Shown: positions 48,801-61,865, counted from the whole stretch's first letter. The stretch: 63,836 bases of DNA, filler included, from Sphacelaria rigidula (GCA_964200075.2; 9 parts of 9 records of this genome joined end to end with filler, not necessarily neighbours in it); one strand, 5' to 3'. Program-made: numbers and translations. Notes: generated by a model from the letters alone, not told the origin.

Positions 48801-49102
48801 GCGCAAGCAATGATAACGGCATGATGATATCTCTTGACACCTTACTCGCTGGTCAGGTGGAGTCAAAGTGAACGGCATAAAACAGTGACATACCCTTCCG
48901 GTGGAGTTACCGACTTTTTCAAGGAGGGTATGAGAGTGCGTGGCGCAGGGCTAGATCCAAGACTTCCCACAAAAACTGGCAGTAAGATGCGAGCAATGTA
49001 GCAGGTAACCGGACACTGGTTTTGTCCACGCAAACCCGCGCTGCACCAAACAGGGAGATATCTAGGCGGACGAATTGCCGAAACGCAACACGTCCACGTG
49101 AC

Positions 49103-49620
49103 TTGTGACGGTTTGAGAGATAACCAACTAGACTACTGACCTGTCAGCGCTGACTTGTCAGTAGTCTAGTTGGTTATCTCTCAAACCGTCACAAAAGTTA
49201 GTCGCTGTTTCGATTCCCGTCGGACGCACTTTCTTTGAGGAAAAAAGAGGAGAGAAAACCTCTGCGAAAAATTGGCCCAAAGAAAAGGGTGGGGTATAGC
49301 CTGTTGGCTATGTTTGGAGTGTACTGCTAAGGACCCCAGTGCACACCCCCTGGAAATGAGTGGGGGAGACGATTGACTCAAGAGTTTGGGTCAGTAGTCT
49401 AGTTGGTTGTCTCTCAAACCGTCACAGAAGTTAGTCGCTGTTTCGATTCCCGTCGAACGCACTTTCTTTGAAGAAAAAAGAGGACAGAAAACCGCTGTAA
49501 AAAATTGGCCCAGAAGAAAAAGGGTGGGATATAGCCTGGTGGCTATGTTTGGAGTGTACTGCTAAGGATCCCAATGCACACACTCTTGGAATGAGTGGGG
49601 GAGACGAGTAACTCTAGGAT
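49103..49620. repeat. Perfect 38-bp inverted repeat fused to two tandem ~233-bp units
   Basis: Arms at 49103-49140 and 49157-49194. Tandem units start at 49157 and 49390. Confidence 0.88.
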
Positions 49621-49899
49621 ACGGTGAAANNNNNNNNNNNNNNNNNNNNNNNNNNNNNNNNNNNNNNNNNNNNTTAATTAATTAANNNNNNNNNNNNNNN
49701 NNNNNNNNNNNNNNNNNNNNNNNNNNNNNCTCGGAAGTGCTCTCCCTCCCTTTCTACTTTTCCTGTTACCAAACAGTATAACCCAACTTCATCGCATTTC
49801 TTTTTAAACTTCATTCTCGTCATGTCGCTACGTACTCCGAATACCAGCACTACTAGTAGTACCTTACCCGACCACTCTTCACTCCTCCATCCGCCCTTC

Positions 49900-50717
49900 C
49901 TTACTGTTTTGATGGAGGGGGGGTGTCTGTACGAAGAGCACCGGAGAAGCTCACGGAGTCAACCATGTGTGTTTGGAAGTTTCCCGCAGAAAATTATGAG
50001 CCGTGCACGAGGCCCGAAAGGCACCGGGTGACCATTCTTCTGACCAATCACGGTCGTCAAAATGAGCACTTTTATTACGGTAGAGGTAGACAACAGGTAA
50101 ATACATTCGCTGTCTACCCTCATAACCCATTTTGATCATTCCTAATCAACCATAGATTATATATATAACCAACACGCAGGTGTTTGAGTATCTTTGGTAC
50201 ACTGTTGTGTCTGTCTATTCAGTACTGCCTGAGCGCCGTACTAGCTCCACACCTCCATCTGGTATCAAACGTCATGGTTCGACACGCGAGTGGCGGCCAC
50301 GAGTACCCGACGCACGTAGATATAGACAAGTACTTCGACGGTGAGGCGACCGCCATCGCCGAGCAATTGCTCTACGGTAGCCAGGGGCGTTTGCAGCGGT
50401 AGTCAGGGTGCAATATCCAAACGCATGCTGCGTACACTCGGAACGTTCAACAGTGTAAGATCTAGTACGCTGCAGACCGCATGTGCAGCTGCGGCACGAT
50501 ACACTATAGACTGCACAGCAAAAATATGAGGCGTAATAATCAGATGGTCGACAACCACACGACCGTCTGTGTTATGACGCTACTATGTACCTCGTATGCA
50601 CTCCCGGTCCCTTCCGTCGTAGAGTAGGCGTCCTGAGTTGCGACAAAGGAATGAATCTGAACCCAAAAAGTGTAGTGTCTATCTCAGTCTACCAGCGGGG
50701 GGGTCGCTGTCTAAGGG
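49900..50717 (+). mobile_element. Non-autonomous TTAA-type (piggyBac-like) element, right end intact
   Basis: Ends TCGCTGTCTAAGGG|TTAA. Internal 49960-50140 resembles 54610-54790. Confidence 0.6.
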
Positions 50718-51891
50718 TTAACTTTCGACGTACAAAAATAGGGGCAGCAAAACAAGAAAGACGCAGAAAAACATGAAAGTGGCACAAAAAAGCAAAAATA
50801 CAAAAACGCGCAAGAAATGCGCAGAAAAGCAAAATAAATGCAGGAAAAAAAATGAAAGGGGCGCAGAAAACGAGCAAAAAAAGAGCAGATGGAATCAAAG
50901 CGTAGCGCAAACAAGGGTATACTAAAACCGCCAAACGGACCGGAATGGGCCTCCGAAAGTCCGGGGGCCGAAGTTAGGTTTCGGGCCGCAGAGCGGCGTG
51001 CCTGATCTCCATTGCCGGTAGCACTGCGGCTGTGCCTAGAGTGGACACCCTGTGCTCGACAGTATATGATCTCCATTCCGTTGGGTTGAGGATCAGGGTC
51101 AGGGTTAGGGTTAAGTCGGGTCCGGTTGGGTTGACGGGATGATCAATAGTAGCACAAGGAATCACTCTGTAGACAAGTACGAAAACACCACCTCGGATTC
51201 CAGACGTGTGGGGAGCCGCACCGGTGGGTCCACCAGCCTTTCTGAGGGGACATGCCTCCACGACCAGGATCACTCACTCTGCCTGCACGGACCAAGAATT
51301 ACGTTGGACCCGACGTTTATTATGGGGTCGTGTAGCGGCGCGTGACCCCTGTTGCCCCAGAAGCAGATTCCCGTTCCTTGGCGCTCTCACTGTCTCTTGC
51401 GTGAACGTCCATGTGCGCCAGGGTTTATGATCTCCATTCGGTTGGAGTTAGGGACAGAGTTAAGGTTGGCGTCAGGCAGGGATTCGGTTCAGGTTTTGGG
51501 GTGGTTGAGGCGGGTTCTTGTCGAAGAGAGAATATCCCGTTTTGAAAACCTCCCTTTTCAAATGACCACTGATTGGTCGCTGTGGTAGCATCCCCCGAAA
51601 TGTGCCGAAATATTCCCCCTCAACAGGGGACTTTGAGCTATTTTGACATCCACGCGGCCGCTATTCGTCCAATACGGGACGAAATTCTGTCAACAAAGAC
51701 TGCCGTGTGTGGATCAGCACGGGTGAGCGCTGGAAATAATGCGCGTGAGTGTTGGATGTCTGTGTGTTTGTGTATTTTGGGGCTCGGTATGTAGGTGTTG
51801 TGTTGCCTCGTTGCGTCTTGTCTGTAGCATTACAGAGATGTTGGACTATCGATCACTTCCAAAACAGCCGCATTTCCGAGTGTATCGGTAT

Positions 51892-52141
51892 GACACTTTC
51901 TACGATAGTCCCCCCCCCCAAACCAGCCCAAAAGTGACACGAAACAAATGGCCATACAGCGCCTGATGTTTGGGTTCAGGCTGCATGAAACACCTCATAT
52001 TGGCAACATTGGCGATAACGAGCCCAAGCGTGGGAATTCCCAGCTGCTTGTTGTGCTCGGCTTTTCCCATTTCGATTTACATGAAGATTTTGCCTGCCAA
52101 AACCATGCAGTTCTTTGGGGGGGGCTATCGTAGAAAGTGTT
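51892..52141 (-). mobile_element. 250-bp MITE with 4-bp TSD (GTAT)
   Basis: Same family as 39910-40157 in the opposite orientation. GTAT at 51888-91 and 52142-45. Confidence 0.9.
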
Positions 52142-52564
52142 GTATGGAGATCTGGGCTTCGATCTATAAAAACCTGCTTGTCGATGAGACTGAAAACTGG
52201 TCGTTGTGAGTGAAGTCCCGCTGCTAAAGGGGGTCTTCAAAAAGGGGGACAATCCCCCTCGATAAGAACCCGCCTAACCCTTCGGGGGTGTCTTTGCACA
52301 CCATTTTTCAATCGAAAATATGCGGTGGAAAATGAAAACTCCGCTCTGATAGGTCGTTACTTCGACTGTCGTGATTTGTGTCGACGATAGTTGTATTTAG
52401 AACAAAAAATAGCCCCAAAGAGCCCTTGACTGGTTTTGACCCTGCAGCCTATCGCGTGCAGTCGGTACGTGTGCGGTATACCTTCGTCGGATACAGCGGC
52501 AAGTGTAGGAACTACCACATAGGAGGGAAACGCTATCACAAGTGTCCGTCGAGGAACCACCTTC

Positions 52565-52860
52565 CCACATTGGCGACACCATGAGATAATAACTCCTACG
52601 CTTCACGAACCGAACATCCCGGGTTCGAATCCCGGCTCCAACCAAAAAGCGACTTGAGGTTAAGTTGGAACAAAAGAGTAATAAAAATGGTGTGGTACCA
52701 CACATCCGGCGGATGACTTCGAAGCAGAGTCCACAGACTCACGGGAAAACCTTCTCTAGAGATTGTCGGGTTGGGGACCCGATGCACACACGTAAAATAT
52801 ATACGCAAATAGTGGTGTGTATCCTCACCGCTACTCGGCGAAAAAGGTTACGCCTTCAAA
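52565..52860 (+). mobile_element. Probable tRNA-derived SINE
   Basis: Strong B box GGTTCGAATCCCGG at ~52622 without a tRNA cloverleaf; boundaries approximate. Confidence 0.45.
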
Positions 52861-54452
52861 CTGCTTCTCGGTAAAAAACGAAGGAAGCTAGACGCTCATA
52901 AAAGAAGGGTGTCATGAGGGAACCACGACATAGAAGGGGATAGTTCTCACAAGCGTCCGTCAAGGAATAAATTTTTCGCATGAAGAAACGTCCGGAGTGT
53001 CGTTGCTCTTCCGTGAACGTCGTCTACTGCATGCTGCTGATATTTCGTTAGGGTGCTTGTTGGGGTTAGGGTCAGGGGCGCGGTCCATGGAGGGATGGGC
53101 CCGAGCGGGACAAAAAAAACGGCGGTCCCGGGGTGTTTGATCTCTGATGCGGTTGAAAAAACACGCGGGCCGCACACGCATTACACTGGCCCAGCGCAGA
53201 AACGGATTGAAGCTCTCAGAGCACCATCTCGTCGACAAACGTTGGGTCGTGATCCGCGTATCGTGTTCAACGTCTAGTCAACGGAAAAATGACCATCTGC
53301 TCAAAAGTGAGGGCCATTTGTTTCTCGTTGACGAACACCATGTCGAGTAATTCCTACACCGGACGGAGATAGGGTCCATACTAAAGTCTATATGAAGCCC
53401 CGAACTATAATTACGCGGATGATGACGGTTTTTGGCGTGGAAATTCCCTGGAGCGTGAGGAAACGATCGATAACCTCACGTTCACCCAACTCGTTATCAA
53501 AGTAGAGGTGCGGGGCAAATAAGATTCTATACTAAACTCAATATATTACGAACAGAGTCAATATACTAGATGCATTAAATGTGGATTTCGCGCCTTAGTT
53601 TTGAGGAGCTGCGCTTTGAAGTTTGGTAAGGAGAACCGCTAGGGTGTGATAGAGAACTTCAGTTTCTTGATATATATATATATATATACATTTAATATCT
53701 TCTTTGTGTTTTAGGGGCGTTCTAAAAAGAAAATGAACATTGGTCTTAACCCTCATCTTGATTTTCCAGCTCAATTTTCGGCCTTTATCGTTTGAAACTT
53801 AGCATGGAGAATCTCAAAGGCATGCTGGAAAAAAGAACAGGTTCCATCATCTTTATTTTGGTAAGTCGAGGACGTTCTCGCGAAAACAAATGGTCTTTGG
53901 TAATCAAAAACCCCATTAAGTCATGGAAAAAAGAAGAAGAAGAAGAACGACCTGTCCCGCTTTTTGGTTCATTATTCCCTAGCGAATTCCAACGTTTCAG
54001 AGCACAAGTACCACACATCGGCCGGTCAGTGGCCTGCAAAATACTGTTTCGCCCGTCTGTTGTCTAGATTGCCCCCCCCCCCTCACCTCAATTTTGAGAG
54101 TTGGACTTTCAAAATTGTGGAGAACGAGTACTCGTGAGGCATGACGAAAAAATTATGGGACGACGAGTTTTCTTTTCTTTTTCCACATAAATCAAGGGTA
54201 ATAACCAATAGCCAGCTTTCAGCAGGCTGGATCAGCTCGCACTTTTCGCCCATTCATTGCCGGATGTTTTTCGTTGTTTGAACTTGGTTGAAACGCTACC
54301 TGTCCACGTGTTTGGTTCAGGCCCCGCGACATAGTAACGTGCAGTATGCCATGCAGCAGAACCAGCATAATTCCACCCGTGCGGATTCACAACTTCGTTG
54401 GATCCGGAGTGTTGTTACTTATATAAAAAGTGGTTCCCGGTGCGACTGTTAA

Positions 54453-54800
54453 CCCTTAGACAGCGAACATCGCCTCGGAACAGTTTCGAAGGCTGACAGT
54501 CCAGGGACATCCGGAGGTTTCCAGGAGACGGGGAGGTGCTTTTTGACAGGGGGTGGGGGACTGCTCGCAGAACAGCCGAAAAGCTCATCCAGCCAACCGT
54601 GTATGTTCGGACGAGGTTTCCCACGGGAAATTATGACCCAGGCAGGAACCAGGCCCGAGAGGAGCGGAGTAACCGTTCTGACCAATCACAGCTATCAAAA
54701 TAGCCATAGTTCCCTTACAGTCGGATTACAGGTTGACTACTTCGCTCTCTAGCCGTATTTCTCGTTTTCGTCACGGCAATTTCAACCACAGAAAACATGG
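54453..54800 (+). mobile_element. Left end of a TTAA-type (piggyBac-like) element
   Basis: TTAA|CCCTTAGACAGCGA is the exact 14-bp reverse complement of the end at 50704-50717. Confidence 0.6.
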
Positions 54801-55460
54801 GCACAAGCAACGTGCTTTTTTGCTCTGCTCGTGATTTTTGCCGCCTGGCGGACTGATCCCACTTGCGTTACCAGCATAGCTTCACCCTGTCTGCAGTATG
54901 CGCGTGGAACACTAAACCTAACCCTAACCATAGATACGGGTGTTTAACTCCGATGCGACCGAAAAAGCACGCGGTCCGCACACGCATCACACCAGCTGGT
55001 ACTTGGGGAACGAGTGTAAAAAAACCATGGAAGTATTCATTATCGGAACGCAGTGTGCAGTAGTACAGTAGTTCGTGAGGAAGGGGGTAAAAAAGGAAGG
55101 AAATCTTTATCGTCGGAAAGCAACGCGCGTTCGAGACCGCACTGGTCAGTACCCCAGAATGCGTTTTCATTGAATGACGTGATTTTAGTACAGCGCTTAG
55201 CGCACAAATCATCGACCTCAACTCGCCTCCCCTCCTAGGAGGAACGTCGTTATACACACAAGAGCACAGCATGACCAGAGAAACATGCACACACCAGCCC
55301 GGCAAGGGACCAGGCAAGCACACGGAGGCCAATTGACATACCGATGGCCAAAACACCCCCCGCACCCCGAGTAGCCGGCGGTAGCAGCGTACGCGCTTGG
55401 CGGCGTGACGGCCCTCTCGATTGCCAGTAACCACCCTTGGGGCACACGAGAATTCGTTTT

Positions 55461-56733
55461 CCCCACGCATCCCTGTCGAGACGGAGCACAGTTCCTCCTC
55501 CTCACAGAGGCACCTTCGACATTCCGGCGCTCGTTACGTTTCTTCCATACATCACACTAAAACATATTACATATCTTATACCCGTCCTGTTTCGCCGTCT
55601 CTGGCCGCCATCTATCTCCTAGTACGGCCATCGTTTTCTCCCTACTGCCTAATGCATCAAACGATTCCATGCCAAATTTGCTCACGTCCCGCATTCCTCG
55701 CTCTTGTACGTCCCGTTCCTGCTTGTATAGTTCACATTCTGCCGCTATATAGCTCCTGCTCTCTATTGCTTTGCCACAGGGGCAGTTCTGTCAATCTACT
55801 TCCTCCTCTTGTCGACGACTGGTAAATCTATTTCTTCTTTCTGGCAGGTCTAGGTCCCCCACCCGAAATCGCAGTTTCGGATTTGTCGCAGCATCCATTG
55901 GGCCATGCAAAGATGCTTCCATCCCTACCCCCTCTCTCAACCCACCATGTATCTCCAGTGTTCTTCCTCGTCTACTTTGCATCTGAGTGCACCTTTTCCC
56001 CTTATTCCTGTCATATCTCTCACTTTTGTCTTGTACCCCGCGCCTTCATCTATGGACAGTATTTCGTCTTGGTTTCCTCCTGTCTCCTTCCACACCTCCT
56101 CGACTTCTCCATCTTACCTTGTAGCACACCCTTTTGCACGTTTCTTTCATACCATCCTATCAACTTTAGTTGGTAATCTCTTTCTCTGCATGTTCTTTGA
56201 GCTATATTGTCATCACAATTTCCTCATGTCTCTGTTTATTTGAAGTGAATACATTCCCAACTCTGCTCTCAAAACTGTATTACTCGTCATTTTCGAGCGC
56301 CCAAGTATTTTCTTAGCTGCTGCCATCTGTACTGCTTCCAACTTCTCCCCCAGCTTCACGTTCCCCATACTTATCCTGCACATTCCAGCTTTGGGACGAT
56401 CACGTTCATCAGGATACATTTGTTGATCCTGGTGACGAGGTGCGAGTCTCTGAGGATCACGTCCATCCTGCCTATCTGTGCCTTACCCTTCTCTATTACT
56501 TTATTATTGCGTGCATCTCGAGAGCAGTTTCTTGATATCTCTACGCCAAGGTATGTATGCTGGTCCACGATCGGCAGTTCCTCTTCTCCCCACTTCCATT
56601 TTGATATTTACCGGATTTTTCTCATCTTCGTTACAGACGAGTACCGCGCATTTGTTGACTTTCGCCGTCACTCTCCATTCCCTAGTGTATTCTAGCGCCT
56701 TGTCTATCTGTTTCTGTAATCCTTCTAGTGTTC
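55461..56733 (-). mobile_element. Decayed non-LTR retrotransposon (LINE) ORF2: RT end/thumb and C-terminal Cys/His region
   Basis: EGLQKQIDKALEYTREWRV..NKCAV; YLGVEIS; VIVPKLE; KLRFRVGDLDL; CPCGKAIESR..ECELY. The C-terminal APSRQGCV matches the C-tailed 3' ends. Confidence 0.88.
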
Positions 56734-57938
56734 NNNNNNNNNNNNNNNNNNNNNNNNNNNNNNNNNNNNNNNNNNNNTTAATTAATTAANNNNNNNNNNN
56801 NNNNNNNNNNNNNNNNNNNNNNNNNNNNNNNNNCTGTGGCAGCAAACCGCCTGCCGTGCTTGCACCAACAATGGCAAATTGGGTATGTGCTGGTAACATG
56901 GCACCAATCTCTCCGGCGATTGAGAATCGCCGAACGAAGACACACGAAGGACACGGGCGAGGAGCTTCCTCGCCGCCATTGCTCCTCCGGTGGTATCGTC
57001 ATCGACACATGTACATATACACCGCATTCATTGAGTGCACCTAGCCACACTTGCTTGACTGCAGCAGGATTGTTTTTTCGCAAGTGCTTTCGCCATTGGT
57101 GTTTCGCCGAAAGTGTAACTTTTCGGAAGGCGACTTCAATCCTATTGGAAGGTTCAACTCCATTTTTCAGGATCCTTTGTTAATCGTCGTTTGCTTGGTC
57201 GAATGATCGAACGACATTCGGTGTGTTTGGTGATTATCATATTTATTTGTTGTATGCAATAAAATGTTAAAGGTGTTGTATGAATTACTCCACAGATTTG
57301 CTTCACGTATTTTGGCAACATAAATCAAGCTCGGTGGAGAATGGCAAGGATTATGGGTTGTCAAATAACCATCAACCCGCGTCGCCAATACACCTGTGCA
57401 TAGGGAAGGTACCGAGGTAGAAGCTATGATGAATCAGTGTCATATATTCTTGCTACCTGCGAATACGATTTTTTTATTTTTTCATGTTTCCTGCACCTTT
57501 GCCACTAACGACAACAATAACATTAACCATGCCATCAGGCATCTAGCTGTTCACTGTAGTGATATGTAGGTCAAGGCCCTGATATATTTGCGTCCACCTC
57601 TGCCCGTCTGCTGTCCTCACACTCAACAACGGGATAGACGACAGTCAGTCACTCTATCACGAGGCTCAACTTCACAGAAGATGTAAGAGTAAAGACAAAA
57701 ATCGCCGCCCGAGCAGGAAGGTACAAGAAATGACCTATCAAGCTTGGAAGAAACCAAAACATCAGCCAAATCTACCGTGTACACCGTTTACTGCCAGAAC
57801 ATAAACACTCTGCGTCACTCCCCCGCCCCAACTTAGTCCGACATGTGGATCAGGGCGCATGGGCATCGTAGTAGAAACGCCTCCCTTCTCCTGCGGGGCG
57901 CTCATCCTCGGCAAATCATGCGTGGCTCTCACACGTCT

Positions 57939-58100
57939 GTAGCTCACACTGAAGAAACATGTGAGGATGAGCTACGCTCGATAGCTCACCCAGCACAAAC
58001 ATACACAGATGAGCGACGTCCGGTAGCTCACCCAGGGCAAACATGCGCGCATAAGCTACGCCCGTAGCTTACCCGCCGGCCAAACATGCGTAGCTCATCA
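57939..58100. repeat. Minisatellite, about 4 copies of a ~41-bp unit
   Basis: TAGCTCACCCAG..CAAACATG..GATGAGCTACG.. repeated. Confidence 0.8.
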
Positions 58101-58949
58101 GGGAGCTGCGCTCAATAAGATCTCGCTCGAGCTACAGAGAGCAGATCTGTTCGATGTGCGTAATATGAGGTGAGTCTGTGGAATACAGCGTCATGAAACA
58201 AACACCCACAAAATAAGGTAAATATATACAAAAGTTTCTGCGGCTTCGCCGCCACGATCAGTGGATCGACAACCAAGGTACATGAGCACCGGTGATAGCT
58301 GTGCGCGTTGTGTAATGGCAAAGGTCATACGTAGTTTGGAGAAGAAGTCGCAGCAGCTCATGGGCTGAGCACGGTAGTAAATCTGGATCATGGATACTTT
58401 TATTGAGAGACATTGATGCCACTTCAACATATTACCTAACTTTCTCGCCGTCAAATAGTTGAAGGAGAGCGGCGGGAAAACTTTGTCGTGTCTTATGATT
58501 GTTTCATGACCACGATGCCGGTTTGATTTTCATGTGAAATTGATGCCGATTTCACGAAAACTTATTTTGTTTCGTTTTCAGCCCGAAGTGCAACGGCCAT
58601 CATGGATGATGAGTAAGTACGAAGGCTCAACACAACGTATCACAATCAAAAGTGAACCTGAGGAATTGACCGCCCCCGCAAACCAAGAACCCGTATAGTG
58701 GCAACGAATTTGACCATTTGACCGCCATGGTAGGTTGTCTGTTGTTACATCTGCATCAGTCACTTGGACTCCACAAATTACAGCGTGGCCCAGATGACCT
58801 ACCCTACCGGTCAAAGAATTAACCCTTTTGGGACCGGAATCCCAGAAACACGTGGTTTGCACGCAGGGGCGTTTCCATGAAGTCGAGACCATGCGATATA
58901 CATGCATGATAGTTGTGTGCGTTACGTGTAACACAGGAGATCAACACGG

Positions 58950-59178
58950 GAAATTATGTGGTGGTCGCCTTACTTTTTTATCGCGAGAGGGGTTCAGCGA
59001 TCCCTTTCGCTCGTCGACCGTAAAATCGAATCCTGTCTACCCACGACATACTGTAGTCGCCGTCCACTGTTGAACATGGTGTGCGGTGACAGTTCAGATC
59101 GTGTGACTGCACCGAGGTTCGAACCCATGACCCGACCGTCATGAGGTTTGGGGGTTACCAACTGAGCCACCGGGGCGA
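58950..59178 (-). mobile_element. tRNA-derived SINE family B (second, head-eroded copy at ~62680-62845)
   Basis: Minus strand GCCCCGGTGGCTCAGTTGG (A box) then GGTTCGAACC (B box). Body GCGAGAGGGGTTCA..TCGACCGT..TACCCACGACAT is shared between the copies. Confidence 0.75.
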
Positions 59179-60004
59179 CCGTCTGCTTACTAAAGTATGA
59201 AAAATAGAAGCCGGCGCCTCATGACGAAAAAAACGCATGTGTGGCAGAGTAGTAGCAGCAGCAACAACAACAGCAGTCCGGAGACAGTAGAAGGAAAGTG
59301 CAGTCGAGACGATGCGACATGCGGGCAAGATCACAAGATGCTCCCCGTGTGCGCCGAGATTGAACGGAGAGTCGTTCCGCACAGCCCATCCAACTGAGCA
59401 TGGTGCCGATACCGGTTCCACGGAGGAATGCGGGGCCTGTGCACGGTAAGAGGTGGCATCTCCGACGGTCAAAGGGCCCCCCGTCCAACGAGGACGCGCA
59501 TCAAATGTCAAAATGCCAAGAAGAACACAGCGCGGAAAGGATATGCACCCCAAACCTGAGCAGGACGGGAACGCCCCCCAAGGCCCAGCGAAATGCAACC
59601 GAAGAGGCTGATACGTATAATCAGCGAAGAGTTGTAGTCTAAAATCAAGTAAGAAGCAATGCTGGCTTCTCAGAGCTTATGAGGAGAACGAAATGAGCGG
59701 AAAGATTTGTACTTTAAAAGCAAGTGAAAAAATTGCACCTGTGTGCAGGGCTCGCCAGTGGTGAAAAAGATAAACCGTACTGTCTGTACAAGGTTTTAGG
59801 CGCTTCGCGCCCCCGCTCGATGAAGCGTTACCCAAGGCAAAGGATGATGCGGAGTGTTGCAACCGACATCAGCCGTCGCCCACATACAGGAGTGCTTAGA
59901 GGCGAAGATAAGATCCAAAGATAAGTCGTTCTCTTCTTTTTGCTTCTTTGGACTTTCAAACATCGTCGACGACGATTAAACCTAACCAAAAAAGAGCCGG
60001 AAGG

Positions 60005-60320
60005 AGGCAGAAGACACTGGTCTGGCACAACTAAAAAGATAACCGTGAAGCTCCACCCATTCTCCGTCCGAGAAATCCACGCGAAATGACCGCATTCAAC
60101 CTTCAAAAAACGACAAACCCTGAACTAGAATCAAGAATCGAAGCGAGGCAGAAGGCACTGATCGTACAGAACTAAGGAGTAACCGTCATTCTCCACCCAT
60201 CCTCCGCGTCTCAGATATCTGCCCAAAATGAACTCATTTCCACCTTCGAACATGGACAAAACTCGACCGACAATAAAGAATCCCAGTGACGCAGAAGACA
60301 CTGATCCTGCAGAATCAAGA
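60005..60320 (+). repeat. Degenerate ~141-bp tandem repeat
   Basis: AGAAG(A/G)CACTG at ~60011, ~60150 and ~60293, with CTCCACCCAT..CTCCG in the first two units. Confidence 0.65.
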
Positions 60321-60999
60321 ACTACCTATGAAGGAATATGACAGCATCGACAGTAGTATGAAGAAAAAATGTAGAAATCACTGTCGCCCGTCAATGAGAC
60401 AACATGTAAGACCATCTTTTATGGCAACGAATGTCGATTTTTTCAGACGGGACCGCAAATTCGCGAACTCAAAATCGGGGGAGGGGGTCGTTTTATGGTA
60501 CAGACGGTATCATAGATTTGTGACAAAGTTCTGTACACCGACGGCCATTTTCTGCACGAGTGTGGTACTGAGTACTTGTGCATGAAGCGGAAGAGCAGGC
60601 AGGCGGTGAATAATCCTTCGAGTACAGGGCCGTACCTTGGTTCCCTAGGGTGATACAGTGCAGGACACTACATTTAATACAGTGCATAATCATGCCGTGT
60701 GGAAAAGTGCATGATGACGGCACAGTCGGTGTCGCCAGAAAAGTGCACAGTCAGTGCGAGAGAAGAATTCAGCAGTGCAGTGCCATACACCACCCCTCAA
60801 GTACAGCGACAACAGACGAGGAGAGTACAGTACCGTTTGTTATAATAGTGATGTGGCAGCGCAGCGCAGCATCAAATACTACCATCGCCGCAGGGTACGG
60901 CGCCAGCACTCATTATCCGTTTGTCAAACCCCGTGCAAAGCTGCTTCAGCAGCTGGTGCGGGCAGGCACGCCCTGCGCCGCCACGAGAAACACCGCTTG

Positions 61000-61865
61000 C
61001 GTGAGATTGAGAGTAGAGCGCTGATTGAGAGTTACTTTGATTATTCGCTGGAACTTACACATTCTTTCATTCCGTGTGTGCTTCTCTTTGCCTCCATCAT
61101 TGGCGTGTGCTTACAGATACACGTCGATATCCTACTCAGGCATATCAAAGGTCTCAGTGGCAAGCTACCACAGTAAACAGATTGAACCTCGTGGAGGGGC
61201 ATTTCGGAACTGAAACGATTCATTCACTAATTGACCGCTTTTCACTCTCACTTGTATCCTTTACTCTCAATCTCACGANNNNNNNNNATTGCGAAAGTTT
61301 CAAACGTCTCCTACCCTACCATTGTACGTCAATTCACGTACGCCATCTCCTCAAAATCGGGGGGAGTCACGATCTCGGACTGATCTCCCAATCTTTTTAA
61401 AACAAATCGGGAGAAATCGTTCTGAGATCGCAACACCCCGATATTCTCGGGTCCCCGATTTGGTCCATGAAATGCGTTCCCCGATCTTTTCCCCCCGATA
61501 TGAAAAAAATGAGATTGGTGATTGCCATGAAAAAAATGTTGGTTGATTGATTATCTCGCATTGGATTAGCTGATTGCAATAATCCAGCCCGTGGTCAGGA
61601 GCAGCAAAAAAAGAAGAGAATGATGAAAGAAAAAAAAAGGGAAGAAACAGAAAAAGACAAAAGCAACGACCTCAGAAAGGAAAAAAGAAAGGAAGCAGCG
61701 ATGGTCTGAAACCCTTGATATCCCTCAGTATGATATCGACGTGTAGCTGTAAGCACACGCCAGTGATGTAGGCAAAGAAAAGCAAACGTGGGATGAACAA
61801 TTGGCACACTTGAAGCGAATGATAGAACCCACCCTCAATCAACGCCCTACTCTCCATCTCACGAA
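61000..61865. repeat. Diverged ~165-bp inverted repeat (61000-61165 vs 61705-61865)
   Basis: CGTGAGATTGAGAGTAG..TGGCGTGTGCTTACAG.TACACGTCGATATC occurs on both strands. Confidence 0.75.

Noticed and set aside
7006-56833. Regularly spaced TTAATTAATTAA motif as a biological repeat or CRISPR-like array
   Set aside because: It is embedded in N runs with an exact 7,104-bp period; an artificial contig linker.
59105-59178. tRNA genes here and at ~510-585, ~4630-4700 and ~52570-52640
   Set aside because: A/B boxes are present but I could not fold an acceptor or anticodon stem, and several continue into bodies shared between copies. They are SINE heads.
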